Source: a virus. Taken from it: a stretch of 64,000 bases of DNA. The notes beneath the pieces were generated by a model, which made no database searches, had not been told where the DNA came from, and saw only the letters and a list, made by a program, of their open reading frames with translations. A program made the translations under genes and the position numbers. Below are positions 55,012 to 64,000 of this stretch, piece by piece. Each line of letters begins with the position of its first letter. The stretch's first letter is position 1. The stretch is taken from IMG/VR virus record IMGVR_UViG_3300032297_000199, positions 1 to 64,000 of that record; one strand, written 5' to 3'.

Positions 55012-58000
55012 TATGCTTCACCTTTTAAAAGTTTAATTTCTTCTTTAAGGGCGTCTAATTCGGCTTTCATATCTTTAAATGCTTCAATAAACAATCCTGC
55101 AAAGTTACCATAACTAACACCATATTCATCGTGTTCTTTATTATATGTAACAACTTCTGGGACAATTGGATCAACTTCTTGTGCAATAACACCTAAGTGC
55201 TGTTGATTTGGATTCCAATTATCGTTGTTCATTACAGGATTGTCTGTTCGTTTATAGTAAACGCCCCTTAATTGTAAAACTTTATTTAAAGCGTTATCAA
55301 CTGTGACAATATCTTTTTTCTTTCTTACATCAGAGTAAGCATAAACTTCACTGGTAGCATAGACAATACCGTCAACATAGTGGCTTCCGTTTGTTCTGGC
55401 TCTATATCCGCCTACAGTGCTCGAACCGCCAATGCCCATACAGGAATTGCCTCTTAACCAGTAAAAATGCCAACCAGTTGATGGATCCCAAGCACCTCCG
55501 TTACCGCCTGTGTCATACATACCTAATACATTGGCAGCACCATGTGTTAGCACAATACCAGTGTATCCGTTACGATATCCATTCATTACCATTGCGCCAT
55601 AACTGCCGTCACCTGCGTTTGCGTACCAATGCGGAGCAGCACTTTGTCCAGACACACTAGGGAAATATAGTCCGTGAGCACCGTTACTTTGTAACCATGT
55701 ATCTACTTGATAGTAACTATTACCTCGTTGACTTAATACACGACTGCCAACATCATATAACGCTCCAGCATATAGTCCTTGGTTACCGTTACCGCCCTGA
55801 CCAATTCTAATTACAGAGCTGTTAGAGTAATATACTAATTCTAAAGGATCACCGTTACTACCAGAGTTAACTGTGTCAAAATAACCGTTAGTACCAATTA
55901 CTCCGTAAGCTGTATTGGTATTGTAGAAATTGCTTGCAAATATACTAGAAGCAATTAAGTTTTCGTAGCCTGTACCTGGATTGTTAACAATACTAATACG
56001 ACCACTAGATTCGATAGCAATAGAACTAGCTACAACACCTCCCCAGTGGAGACCTAGCCTAGGAGGAGTATAACTACTATTCCCACCAAAGTTAGCTTCT
56101 CGTAATTCTAAGGACGCATGATAGTATGCAGTACCGCCGTTGGTACTATTAGCAATTTGATAGTCGCCTGCACTATTATTAGGAATGTAACCACTACCGT
56201 TACTTAACTGGTTGTTGTTAGTCAAATTACCTGTAGTCCATACCTGATTACCGCCGGCCCAAATATTGGTATTGAAGTAGAAGTTGTAACTACTGTAAAT
56301 ATGAGCCCACGATGAGTTTGCAGGTCCAAACTGTATATAACCTTGGTTACCAGTAAGTCTTACGCCCCAGTCGTTGTTGCCATGAAAGTAAGATCCAGTA
56401 GATGAGTTATCAAAATAGATACCTGCATCGGCCGGGTTACTTGTGCCACCGGCACCTACATGTAATTTGTTGTCGCCGCGACTTGTGTATGCTTGTGTTC
56501 CAGCACCGTTACCTACGGAGAAACTATTACCGCATGTCCAACGAGTTTCTGTATAACCGCCAGGAATTGCGCCGCCACTCCAGGTAATCGATGCTGCTCT
56601 TGCATCTAGCAAACTAATAGTCCAAGTTCCACCTGATCCAATATAAGGTACATATATTTCTAGATATTGTTGATCATATGTACTAGCACTTAATACTCGA
56701 ACATATTGAACTTGTGTGCCTGCATAACTAGATCCAGTAAGCTGATGGAATGCAAAACCACTCCTGTCGTTAAATGCGCCACTGACAATAAATTCTGTAA
56801 CACCGTGTGGGCCGCTACTATTACCGTCTTGAATAATAACACGAACTGACCACTGGCTTGTACCTAAGTTAGCAATACGATACCAACCTACTCCTGGAGA
56901 CTGTTGAGTGTTTTGTACATTCTGCAAGCCAGTTGGTACAGTCATATAACTGCTGCCGTTGCTTAACTGTGTGTTGCTGGTTAAGTTACCTGCATGCCAT
57001 ACTTGGTTGCCGCGGACAAACGCATCACCGTTACCGTTTACTCGGTAAGTCCAAGTTGATCCATCATTAACCGCAATTGCATAAGTGGCACCGTTGGCAA
57101 CTTGAGTATATTGTCCGTAGTCGTAACCGGCTTTATCAACTCTAATACCCCAGTCTGCATTGCTTCTGTCACTGACTGCAAGTACAGCGTCAGTTCCTCC
57201 TAGTCCAAACGGGTTACTTGTTCTGTAGAATATTACAGAACCGTTGTCAACTCCGCCTGCAATTAATCCGCCACCGTGATTGCCGTAACCAACTGGTGTG
57301 CTAATGTGACGACCAAAAGTAGCATCATTGGTTGATAGGTTAAATTCTAAAGGCCAGTAGCCGTTGACAGTTGACCAACTTGTACTGTTAACACCACCTC
57401 TTAGAACATAGAAAATGTTGCTGTTGTTGTGCAACATTGCACTTAACTGGTCAGTGTCTTGGAAATAGAGTGTTGGACTACTATTGTTAATAACAATATT
57501 ACCAGTAAATGTCGGACTAGTACCTGAAATATATCCAGGACCGTTTGTCAGCTGATTCAAGTTGGTTAGACTGCTTGTTGTCCAATATTCAATCCAACTA
57601 CTCCAACTTCCGCTGCTCATTGTTCTATATGAGGTACGGTTCTGATAACCAGTCATACCGATAGCATGTTGGCTACCCCATGATCCGCCATCACCACTAC
57701 CGCCACGATGTCTTGTATTAACTATGTGGTACCATGCTGTTCCGTATGGTGTGTTTGCCGTAGCATAGATAGAACCTACACGACTTCTGTCAGTACCCCA
57801 GGTGTTAAAATCGTTAGCACTATCACTGATGTTAGTTTGTGTGTAGTTGTGATCACCAGTTGGGCCGCCTGTAATACCGTCTGCGTATCCAGCATAGATC
57901 TTGTTCCACGCACCCCATGATCCGCCTTCGCGGAATCTGATGTTCATGTACGGATTGCCATACCCTGTTCTATTAATGGCAGTCATCATAGCATAACTGC

Positions 58001-61000
58001 TATATGCATACTCATTACCTAGACCTTGAGTCATTACATAGTATTGATGTGCGCTACCGGGGCCGTCTGTAACACCTGTGTCTTGTCGCACATACCACAT
58101 ACCAAAATCAGGTATACCAGAGAAGCTGGTATATGTACTGTGATTCTGTCCGCTATTATTCCATAATTGACTCTTGGTCAACCCGCCTAACTGTGCTGCG
58201 CTACCACTAGAAGTAATATATCCAGGACCGTTGCTCAACTGATTTAAGTTGGTCAAGCTAGTAGTTGACCAATTTCTTGCCGCTGTTACAGGACCAGCTT
58301 CAACAGTTCCAAATGATGTATCAAAGGTAATTGCCCAGTTGGCAATCCAGTTGCTGGCAGTATATCCGCTGTAACCTAACTGAACATCAGTAACATATAC
58401 TTGCGGGTAAGACCAACCGGAGCTTGTTTCTCCAATCCATATACAGTTACGGGAGCCATCATGGCCCCAACGAATATTTAAATCGCCGCCACCATGTGTT
58501 GATTGATATGCAAAATTATTATACCAGCCACCTGGTCCATAGTTATAACCGCCTACTTCGATAGTTCTACTTGTGCCAGCATTGCCGCCTGCGTATTCGT
58601 ATATCACAATAGTCATACGCATCATGGTGCTGGTTCGGAATACAGGTAATCTAATTTTAATTGCACCTGTAATAGAACTTGTGCTAGTTACATAACTTCC
58701 GCCGCCTGGGCTAGTAATTCTTAGTCCGTTACCGGTACCGGAGTTATCTACAACAGCACCGTTAGTTGTATAAATGTTAGCAAATGTTGGACTGCTACCA
58801 GTGGTTACATAATTAGAACCGTTGGCCAATTGGTTTACATTGGTTAAGTTACCTGCATGCCATATAACATTTGATCCAACATAAGGATTGTAACCAAAAG
58901 TCATACGACCTGTGCTAGCACTGATATCAAATGCTGCATCTGATCGAGCTGCTACAGATCCAGTGAAGCCATTTTTCATTACAGTAAACGCATCACCGTA
59001 TCCACTAGTTGCTAGTTTACCTACAAACCAGGCAGTAGTCGAATCAGCAACTACTGGGAATAAAATAGCAGAATAAGTGTTAGCACTAGGGTTAACCCTA
59101 ATACCTTCACTCCAGTTACCACTTCCCGTTGTATTAATAGTCAGTGCAGGAGTACTATTTCCGCTACCGTTTAGTGTGCTACCGGCGGGCGCCCAAGTAG
59201 CAAAATTAGTTACAGTACCGCCGTTGGTACCCCAAGTATTTCCGTTACCAAAATATAATGTTCCGTTTGCAGCCTGAATAACTGAAGGGTTGTTCACGCC
59301 GGAACTATCTTGGTTACCCATTAACAGTCGTTGAGCGCCACCAGTGTTTGTAATACGGAAGTAGTCCTGTACAGCACCTGCACCAGTTACATCTAAAGCA
59401 TAGGTTGGTGCAGAGCTGCCGCCAACTCTTGTTTTTCCGCCACCACTTGCTACATATACATCACCGTTAATATAGTGATTTAAATAAACACCTTTACCGG
59501 TAGTAGATCCGTCAATGATAATTTGACCTTCGCCATAACCTTTGATGTTCGCAACACCAGTAGTTCTATCTAATTGTAGATAGTCAGTCCGTTGATCTGC
59601 CATGTCGTAAATTGCGGCAGAACAAATAAACCATGTTACCGGAGCTGCTCCTGACGGATTTGGGCTACCACTTAGAGCAAAGAAATGTGTTGAACTAAAT
59701 GTTCCTGAGTCTCCACACATTACTACATAGATATACTGCTCCCATTTGCCTGTTCCAACATTATTAGTTGCCCAGTAACTGGCGCTGTTAGTTCCAAAAC
59801 TGTTTGAATGAAAATTTAGTGTGTAACCTACTGGAATTCTTGCCTTGAACACACAGGCAATTACTGCGTTAGCTCTAGTTCCAACCGCAAAGTAGAAACC
59901 ACCAAAATTTGGACTTTGGCCAGTGCCGGTATGTTGCACTTGCATTACAAATCCACTTGTTGTAGGAGTTCCGGCAGGTGCCGCAACTCTTGTAACAGTA
60001 ACCTGGCCGCTACTTGCATTATCGTAAACAGCAATTCCGTTATTTCCACTTTGGAAATTTTCATCCGGGTAGTTTGTATTTTTTCTTCCAGTTGCTCTTA
60101 TAACACCATAAGATAATAGTTGAGCACCAGCTTGTGTAGTTTCTCGTTGATCCCAGTTTATGTCACCGTTGAATTTTAATGCACCACCGCTAGTAGTACC
60201 GCCGATGTTTAAACTAGTGCCGTCAAATGTCAAGTTAGCGGAACCGGCAAATGCATTTCCGCCATCTTTATATATAACTTGGTTAGCACTACCTGCATTA
60301 ATACCAGCTCCGCTAGCACCTGCAGATCCTTGTTCGCCTGATGGACCAAATCCTACATTGGCTATACTAGAACTAGTTTCATAAAAACTACTGTCAAAGT
60401 ATAATGCAGTTCCAATGGCTCTTGCCGTAGTTTTTACTAGAGTACTGTTTTGATAGTATCTTACATTGGCACCATCGTATACAATGCTAAAAATATCTGT
60501 GTTTGCATAGCCGCCGCCGTTGTAAACGGATGCGTTATTTTCATAAATTCGTACAACGCCAGCATCAAAATAGAATGAATAGTCAAGCGAACTGTAACTT
60601 CCATCAGCAGATGGGTCAGTATTGAGACCCCACATAACATGGGTAGTCTGTGAAGTAGGACTTGCTGTAGCAAACGCACCTCTTACATAACCTTGAACAG
60701 AATAAACTTGTCCGTCCCATGTGTTATTATTGCCTGATGACTTTGTAAAAATGCTGTAGTTGGTAGAAGACACACCACCAGTCATTACTGGAGTCCAGTG
60801 ATTTGTACCTGCAATACCAGTTGCACCTGTGGCGCCAGTTGCTCCCGTTGATCCAGTACTACCGCCTACTCCACTCTGTCCAGTGGCGCCAGTAGCACCT
60901 TGCAGACCAGTAGCACCTGTACTTCCTGTTAGACCAGTGGCTCCTGTAGAACCAGTAGAACCTCGAATTCCGGTGGCGCCTGTAGTACCAAAAGTACCTG

Positions 61001-61862
61001 TGGCACCAATTGGTCCGGTTGAACCTGTACTACCTTGATTACCTTGCTGTCCTGTAGCACCAGTAGCACCTGTACTACCAACAGTACCTTGTGTTCCTGC
61101 GGCACCTGTAGCACCTTGTGGTCCAGTAGCACCTGTAGTACCTTGTAGTCCTGCTAAACTAAATGCCCAGTTAGCATAAGGACCGGCGCCAGCTGTTCCG
61201 CCAACTAAGTCCACATTAACTGTAATATCTAGCCCGCTAACTGCGGTAATATTACCTATCATAAAGTTTGTAGGAATTGCAGGATATACAATCTGTACTC
61301 TTGTTCCTACTATATAGGCATTAGCAATATTAACTGTCCAAGTTTTAGATCCTGTATTATTGGTATTACTTGTAGATGAAGTAACTTTGTAACCTAAACC
61401 AGTAGCACCTGTACCGCCAACACTACCTGCAGAACCTGCTGCTCCGGTAGAACCTTGTGGTCCTGTAGCACCTGTTGCGCCCTGCGGGCCAGTTGATCCT
61501 GTTGCTCCGCTAGCACCTGTAAATCCCGTTGAACCTGTAGCACCAGGATTACCTGATGCGCCTATACCAGTAGCACCTGTGCCTCCTTGTAAACCGGTTG
61601 CGCCTGTAGCACCTGTTGATCCAACTGGACCTGTAGATCCTGTAGCACCTGTTGATCCAACTGGACCTGTAGCACCTGTACTACCTTGTGGACCAGTTGC
61701 TCCGCTATTAGCAGCAACGAAACTTAATACACCGGTTCCGTCAGTGGATAATACATGGCCGCTAGACCCTGGTGTTTGCGGGAGGGTAAGTGTAACAGTT
61801 CCTGTAGTAGGACTTTTTAAGGTTACATTACCTTGTTGACTGGTATCTAAATTGATTGACAT
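55011..61862 (-). CDS. long tail fibre with collagen segment and C-terminal intramolecular chaperone (peptidase S74)
   Basis: GAT/GST repeats, mosaic beta domains, YSD.RKK.DI...GVIAQEV...V.Y and a terminal coiled coil. Confidence 0.9.
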   Translation of the reverse strand: MSINLDTSQQGNVTLKSPTTGTVTLTLPQTPGSSGHVLSTDGTGVLSFVAANSGATGPQGSTGATGPVGSTGATGSTGPVGSTGATGATGLQGGTGATGIGASGNPGATGSTGFTGASGATGSTGPQGATGATGPQGSTGAAGSAGSVGGTGATGLGYKVTSSTSNTNNTGSKTWTVNIANAYIVGTRVQIVYPAIPTNFMIGNITAVSGLDITVNVDLVGGTAGAGPYANWAFSLAGLQGTTGATGPQGATGAAGTQGTVGSTGATGATGQQGNQGSTGSTGPIGATGTFGTTGATGIRGSTGSTGATGLTGSTGATGLQGATGATGQSGVGGSTGSTGATGATGATGIAGTNHWTPVMTGGVSSTNYSIFTKSSGNNNTWDGQVYSVQGYVRGAFATASPTSQTTHVMWGLNTDPSADGSYSSLDYSFYFDAGVVRIYENNASVYNGGGYANTDIFSIVYDGANVRYYQNSTLVKTTARAIGTALYFDSSFYETSSSIANVGFGPSGEQGSAGASGAGINAGSANQVIYKDGGNAFAGSANLTFDGTSLNIGGTTSGGALKFNGDINWDQRETTQAGAQLLSYGVIRATGRKNTNYPDENFQSGNNGIAVYDNASSGQVTVTRVAAPAGTPTTSGFVMQVQHTGTGQSPNFGGFYFAVGTRANAVIACVFKARIPVGYTLNFHSNSFGTNSASYWATNNVGTGKWEQYIYVVMCGDSGTFSSTHFFALSGSPNPSGAAPVTWFICSAAIYDMADQRTDYLQLDRTTGVANIKGYGEGQIIIDGSTTGKGVYLNHYINGDVYVASGGGKTRVGGSSAPTYALDVTGAGAVQDYFRITNTGGAQRLLMGNQDSSGVNNPSVIQAANGTLYFGNGNTWGTNGGTVTNFATWAPAGSTLNGSGNSTPALTINTTGSGNWSEGIRVNPSANTYSAILFPVVADSTTAWFVGKLATSGYGDAFTVMKNGFTGSVAARSDAAFDISASTGRMTFGYNPYVGSNVIWHAGNLTNVNQLANGSNYVTTGSSPTFANIYTTNGAVVDNSGTGNGLRITSPGGGSYVTSTSSITGAIKIRLPVFRTSTMMRMTIVIYEYAGGNAGTSRTIEVGGYNYGPGGWYNNFAYQSTHGGGDLNIRWGHDGSRNCIWIGETSSGWSYPQVYVTDVQLGYSGYTASNWIANWAITFDTSFGTVEAGPVTAARNWSTTSLTNLNQLSNGPGYITSSGSAAQLGGLTKSQLWNNSGQNHSTYTSFSGIPDFGMWYVRQDTGVTDGPGSAHQYYVMTQGLGNEYAYSSYAMMTAINRTGYGNPYMNIRFREGGSWGAWNKIYAGYADGITGGPTGDHNYTQTNISDSANDFNTWGTDRSRVGSIYATANTPYGTAWYHIVNTRHRGGSGDGGSWGSQHAIGMTGYQNRTSYRTMSSGSWSSWIEYWTTSSLTNLNQLTNGPGYISGTSPTFTGNIVINNSSPTLYFQDTDQLSAMLHNNSNIFYVLRGGVNSTSWSTVNGYWPLEFNLSTNDATFGRHISTPVGYGNHGGGLIAGGVDNGSVIFYRTSNPFGLGGTDAVLAVSDRSNADWGIRVDKAGYDYGQYTQVANGATYAIAVNDGSTWTYRVNGNGDAFVRGNQVWHAGNLTSNTQLSNGSSYMTVPTGLQNVQNTQQSPGVGWYRIANLGTSQWSVRVIIQDGNSSGPHGVTEFIVSGAFNDRSGFAFHQLTGSSYAGTQVQYVRVLSASTYDQQYLEIYVPYIGSGGTWTISLLDARAASITWSGGAIPGGYTETRWTCGNSFSVGNGAGTQAYTSRGDNKLHVGAGGTSNPADAGIYFDNSSTGSYFHGNNDWGVRLTGNQGYIQFGPANSSWAHIYSSYNFYFNTNIWAGGNQVWTTGNLTNNNQLSNGSGYIPNNSAGDYQIANSTNGGTAYYHASLELREANFGGNSSYTPPRLGLHWGGVVASSIAIESSGRISIVNNPGTGYENLIASSIFASNFYNTNTAYGVIGTNGYFDTVNSGSNGDPLELVYYSNSSVIRIGQGGNGNQGLYAGALYDVGSRVLSQRGNSYYQVDTWLQSNGAHGLYFPSVSGQSAAPHWYANAGDGSYGAMVMNGYRNGYTGIVLTHGAANVLGMYDTGGNGGAWDPSTGWHFYWLRGNSCMGIGGSSTVGGYRARTNGSHYVDGIVYATSEVYAYSDVRKKKDIVTVDNALNKVLQLRGVYYKRTDNPVMNNDNWNPNQQHLGVIAQEVDPIVPEVVTYNKEHDEYGVSYGNFAGLFIEAFKDMKAELDALKEEIKLLKGEA

Positions 61863-61902
61863 AGGTTAAAACTTTATCCAATATTTATCTGTTCATAATT
61901 TG

Positions 61903-63999
61903 TTAATTTGTAACTTCTGCGGTATCCACATTTGCTACAAATCTTACTGTGTTTGATCCGTCGCCCTTGCCTGTAATTTGCAATACGCCGTTAACGGTAT
62001 CTGCAGATATGTTAACATCCCACGCTGCTACGCTAGACCATATCTTTGTCTTGTTTAATACTCTTAGAATAGTAGTCCCTGCTCCAGAATAACGACTTGC
62101 AACACCGTTAAATTCCCAAGCACCCTCATCGTTTGAAGTTGTTGATCTAGCAACAACCATAACTTTAAACGAATATGTACTGTTATCAGGAATAGCAATT
62201 TGATTTGCAGCCGATGCAACTCCGTTATTAGTAGTTAATGCAGTATACAAGTTAGAGATGTTAGAAACTCTCATTACAAATTTTCTTGTTTGTGCATCGC
62301 CTGCTGTAGAGAAACTACCATTTGCTGTAGCTCTAACGCCTGTTGTTAATCCTCGTGCAGTGGCTCCTAAGCCTTGAACTAGCGTATTTCCGCCAACATA
62401 TACATCACCTGCTATACCAACACCACCGGCTACAGTTAAAGCACCTGTTGCTGTTGAGTTTGTAGCAGTTGTGCTATTAACAAATACTTTACCGTTGGCC
62501 TTAGGAGCTAAAATAATGTCAACAATTGTTTCACTACCTTGTGCAGATAGAGTTGCACCTGTTGCTGTACTACCACCAGTTACTTGTAGGTAGTTTAATG
62601 CAGCGGCGGTATGATTAATTCTAAACTGCGGTGAACCTGAACTAGTACCTATTGTAGCATTTGTTCCAAACAATAAGCCGTTGTTACTATTGTATACAGT
62701 AGTTGTTCCGCCAGATCCTTCAAAGAACAATCTAGCACTATTAACACCAGTAACAATATCTTGTCCTAATACTAATCCAGTAGCTCCGCCAGATGCTTGT
62801 GTAATTCTTACATTACCGTTGCCCTTGCCAGTTAAGGCTAAATCACTAGTTGGATCGCTACCTTGTGCGGATAGTGTGGCAGGATTACCTGTTGCTGCTC
62901 CTGCTGCTCTTACATAGTTAATGTTAGCTGTGCCAAAGTTTCCGTTGTTAGAAACATTAACTTGGCCAGCAATGTATACATCTTTACCAAATCCTGCTCC
63001 GCCGCTTACAATTAATGCACCGCTGTTAGTACTAACTGCGTTAGTAATATTAGTGATTGTCATTGCAACATTAGTAGATCCGCCACGACTTGTAACACTT
63101 TGTAGTGTAGAAGTATTCCAAATTACAATAGCACCGAATGTAGAACTAACCGCAGTATCTGTGCCGGCATTGATAGAGCTAACACCAACACCTCCTGAAC
63201 CTAGACTAGATGTTGTTAGTACTTGCAGGCCATTACTGTACATGTCTCCTGCATATAATTTACCGTTAATACCAACACCGCCTTGAACAATTAATGCACC
63301 AGTTGCTGTACTTGTGGCTGCTGTTCCCGATGCTAGGTATAGAGATCCAAATCTTGCTGGTCCAAATGTTCCTGTATTAGTAAATGTTGGAGTATATGTT
63401 TGCGTACCACCTGGGTAAACATTTGTCTTGTAGACAAATGTTTGAGTAGCATTGTCCATACCAATGAAAGCATGGTTAGACCAAGTAGTATTTGAACTAG
63501 CTGTAGTGCTGTAGTGAAGAATCAAACCTCGATCAAAGCCGTCGTTAGTTGCAAGGCTTGTGTTTCCAACACCTGCACCTAATTCTAAAATTGGGTCAAT
63601 TATATAAGTCTGTGTGCTATTAACAAATGTCTGTGTTCCAAATACTTGTAAATTTCCGTAGACAGTAGCATTGCCGCCAATAATTGCGTTCTTAGCAACA
63701 CCAATTCCGCCTGCAACACTTAAGGCTCCGTTTGTAGAAGTGTTAGACTCGGTTGTACTAGTAATACTAATTGACTGATTAGTAGTCGCACCTCGACTAG
63801 TTACACTTTGAAGGGTGTCAGTTTCAGTTGTTAGTACTAATAATCCACCTGAGAAAATTGCTCCAGTTACAGTCAGTGTGCTAAGGATCTGTGTTAAAGT
63901 ACTATAGATCGAAGTAACGCCTAACGCACCTGGAACTGACGATCCAATATTAATATTAGCAATAGAAGTTGCTGTACCAGATGCACCAATGTTAACTGT
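61903..63999 (-). CDS. tail fibre/spike-like structural protein, 5'-truncated by the window
   Basis: Frame stays open from 63999 through the track start at 63525; repeated S..TGAL.V.GG.G motifs. Confidence 0.85.
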   Translation of the reverse strand, partial: TVNIGASGTATSIANINIGSSVPGALGVTSIYSTLTQILSTLTVTGAIFSGGLLVLTTETDTLQSVTSRGATTNQSISITSTTESNTSTNGALSVAGGIGVAKNAIIGGNATVYGNLQVFGTQTFVNSTQTYIIDPILELGAGVGNTSLATNDGFDRGLILHYSTTASSNTTWSNHAFIGMDNATQTFVYKTNVYPGGTQTYTPTFTNTGTFGPARFGSLYLASGTAATSTATGALIVQGGVGINGKLYAGDMYSNGLQVLTTSSLGSGGVGVSSINAGTDTAVSSTFGAIVIWNTSTLQSVTSRGGSTNVAMTITNITNAVSTNSGALIVSGGAGFGKDVYIAGQVNVSNNGNFGTANINYVRAAGAATGNPATLSAQGSDPTSDLALTGKGNGNVRITQASGGATGLVLGQDIVTGVNSARLFFEGSGGTTTVYNSNNGLLFGTNATIGTSSGSPQFRINHTAAALNYLQVTGGSTATGATLSAQGSETIVDIILAPKANGKVFVNSTTATNSTATGALTVAGGVGIAGDVYVGGNTLVQGLGATARGLTTGVRATANGSFSTAGDAQTRKFVMRVSNISNLYTALTTNNGVASAANQIAIPDNSTYSFKVMVVARSTTSNDEGAWEFNGVASRYSGAGTTILRVLNKTKIWSSVAAWDVNISADTVNGVLQITGKGDGSNTVRFVANVDTAEVTN

Positions 64000-64000
64000 T

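Noticed and set aside
1-64000. Stop-codon reassignment; tRNA genes
   Set aside because: Long genes are intact in the standard code with TAA, TGA and TAG all used as stops; no cloverleaf seen by eye (tRNAscan not run)

Overview
A 64-kb segment of a large T4-like (myovirus-type) bacteriophage genome. No rRNA, tRNA, CRISPR array, integrase or transposase was recognised. (1) 1-7240: early/host-takeover island of about 25 short + strand ORFs and an AAA+ ATPase, driven by 11 near-consensus sigma70 promoters; most of these sit in a repeated promoter/CA-rich-leader/RBS cassette. (2) 7240-7910: mostly non-coding, structured boundary with inverted repeats, A/T tracts and helically phased YACAGT repeats. 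(3) 7911-21072: late-expressed surface-protein plus modification-enzyme locus: Calx-beta/Ig-like protein, Arg-tRNA-transferase-like GNAT, amidinotransferase fusion, two methyltransferases, Gly-X-Thr collagen fibre, two GT9-like glycosyltransferases. (4) 21-36 kb: nucleotide metabolism, replication and recombination (helicase, primase, a 192-aa mini DnaE, clamp-loader-like subunit, UvsW, UvsY, UvsX, gp32). (5) 36-64 kb: head/packaging, tail, neck and fibre genes. Late genes use a TAAATA element, often 4-7 nt before the ATG, implying leaderless mRNAs. The best candidate for an undescribed system is the 10-21 kb virion-decoration locus. All product calls come from motifs recognised by eye; no database search was run.
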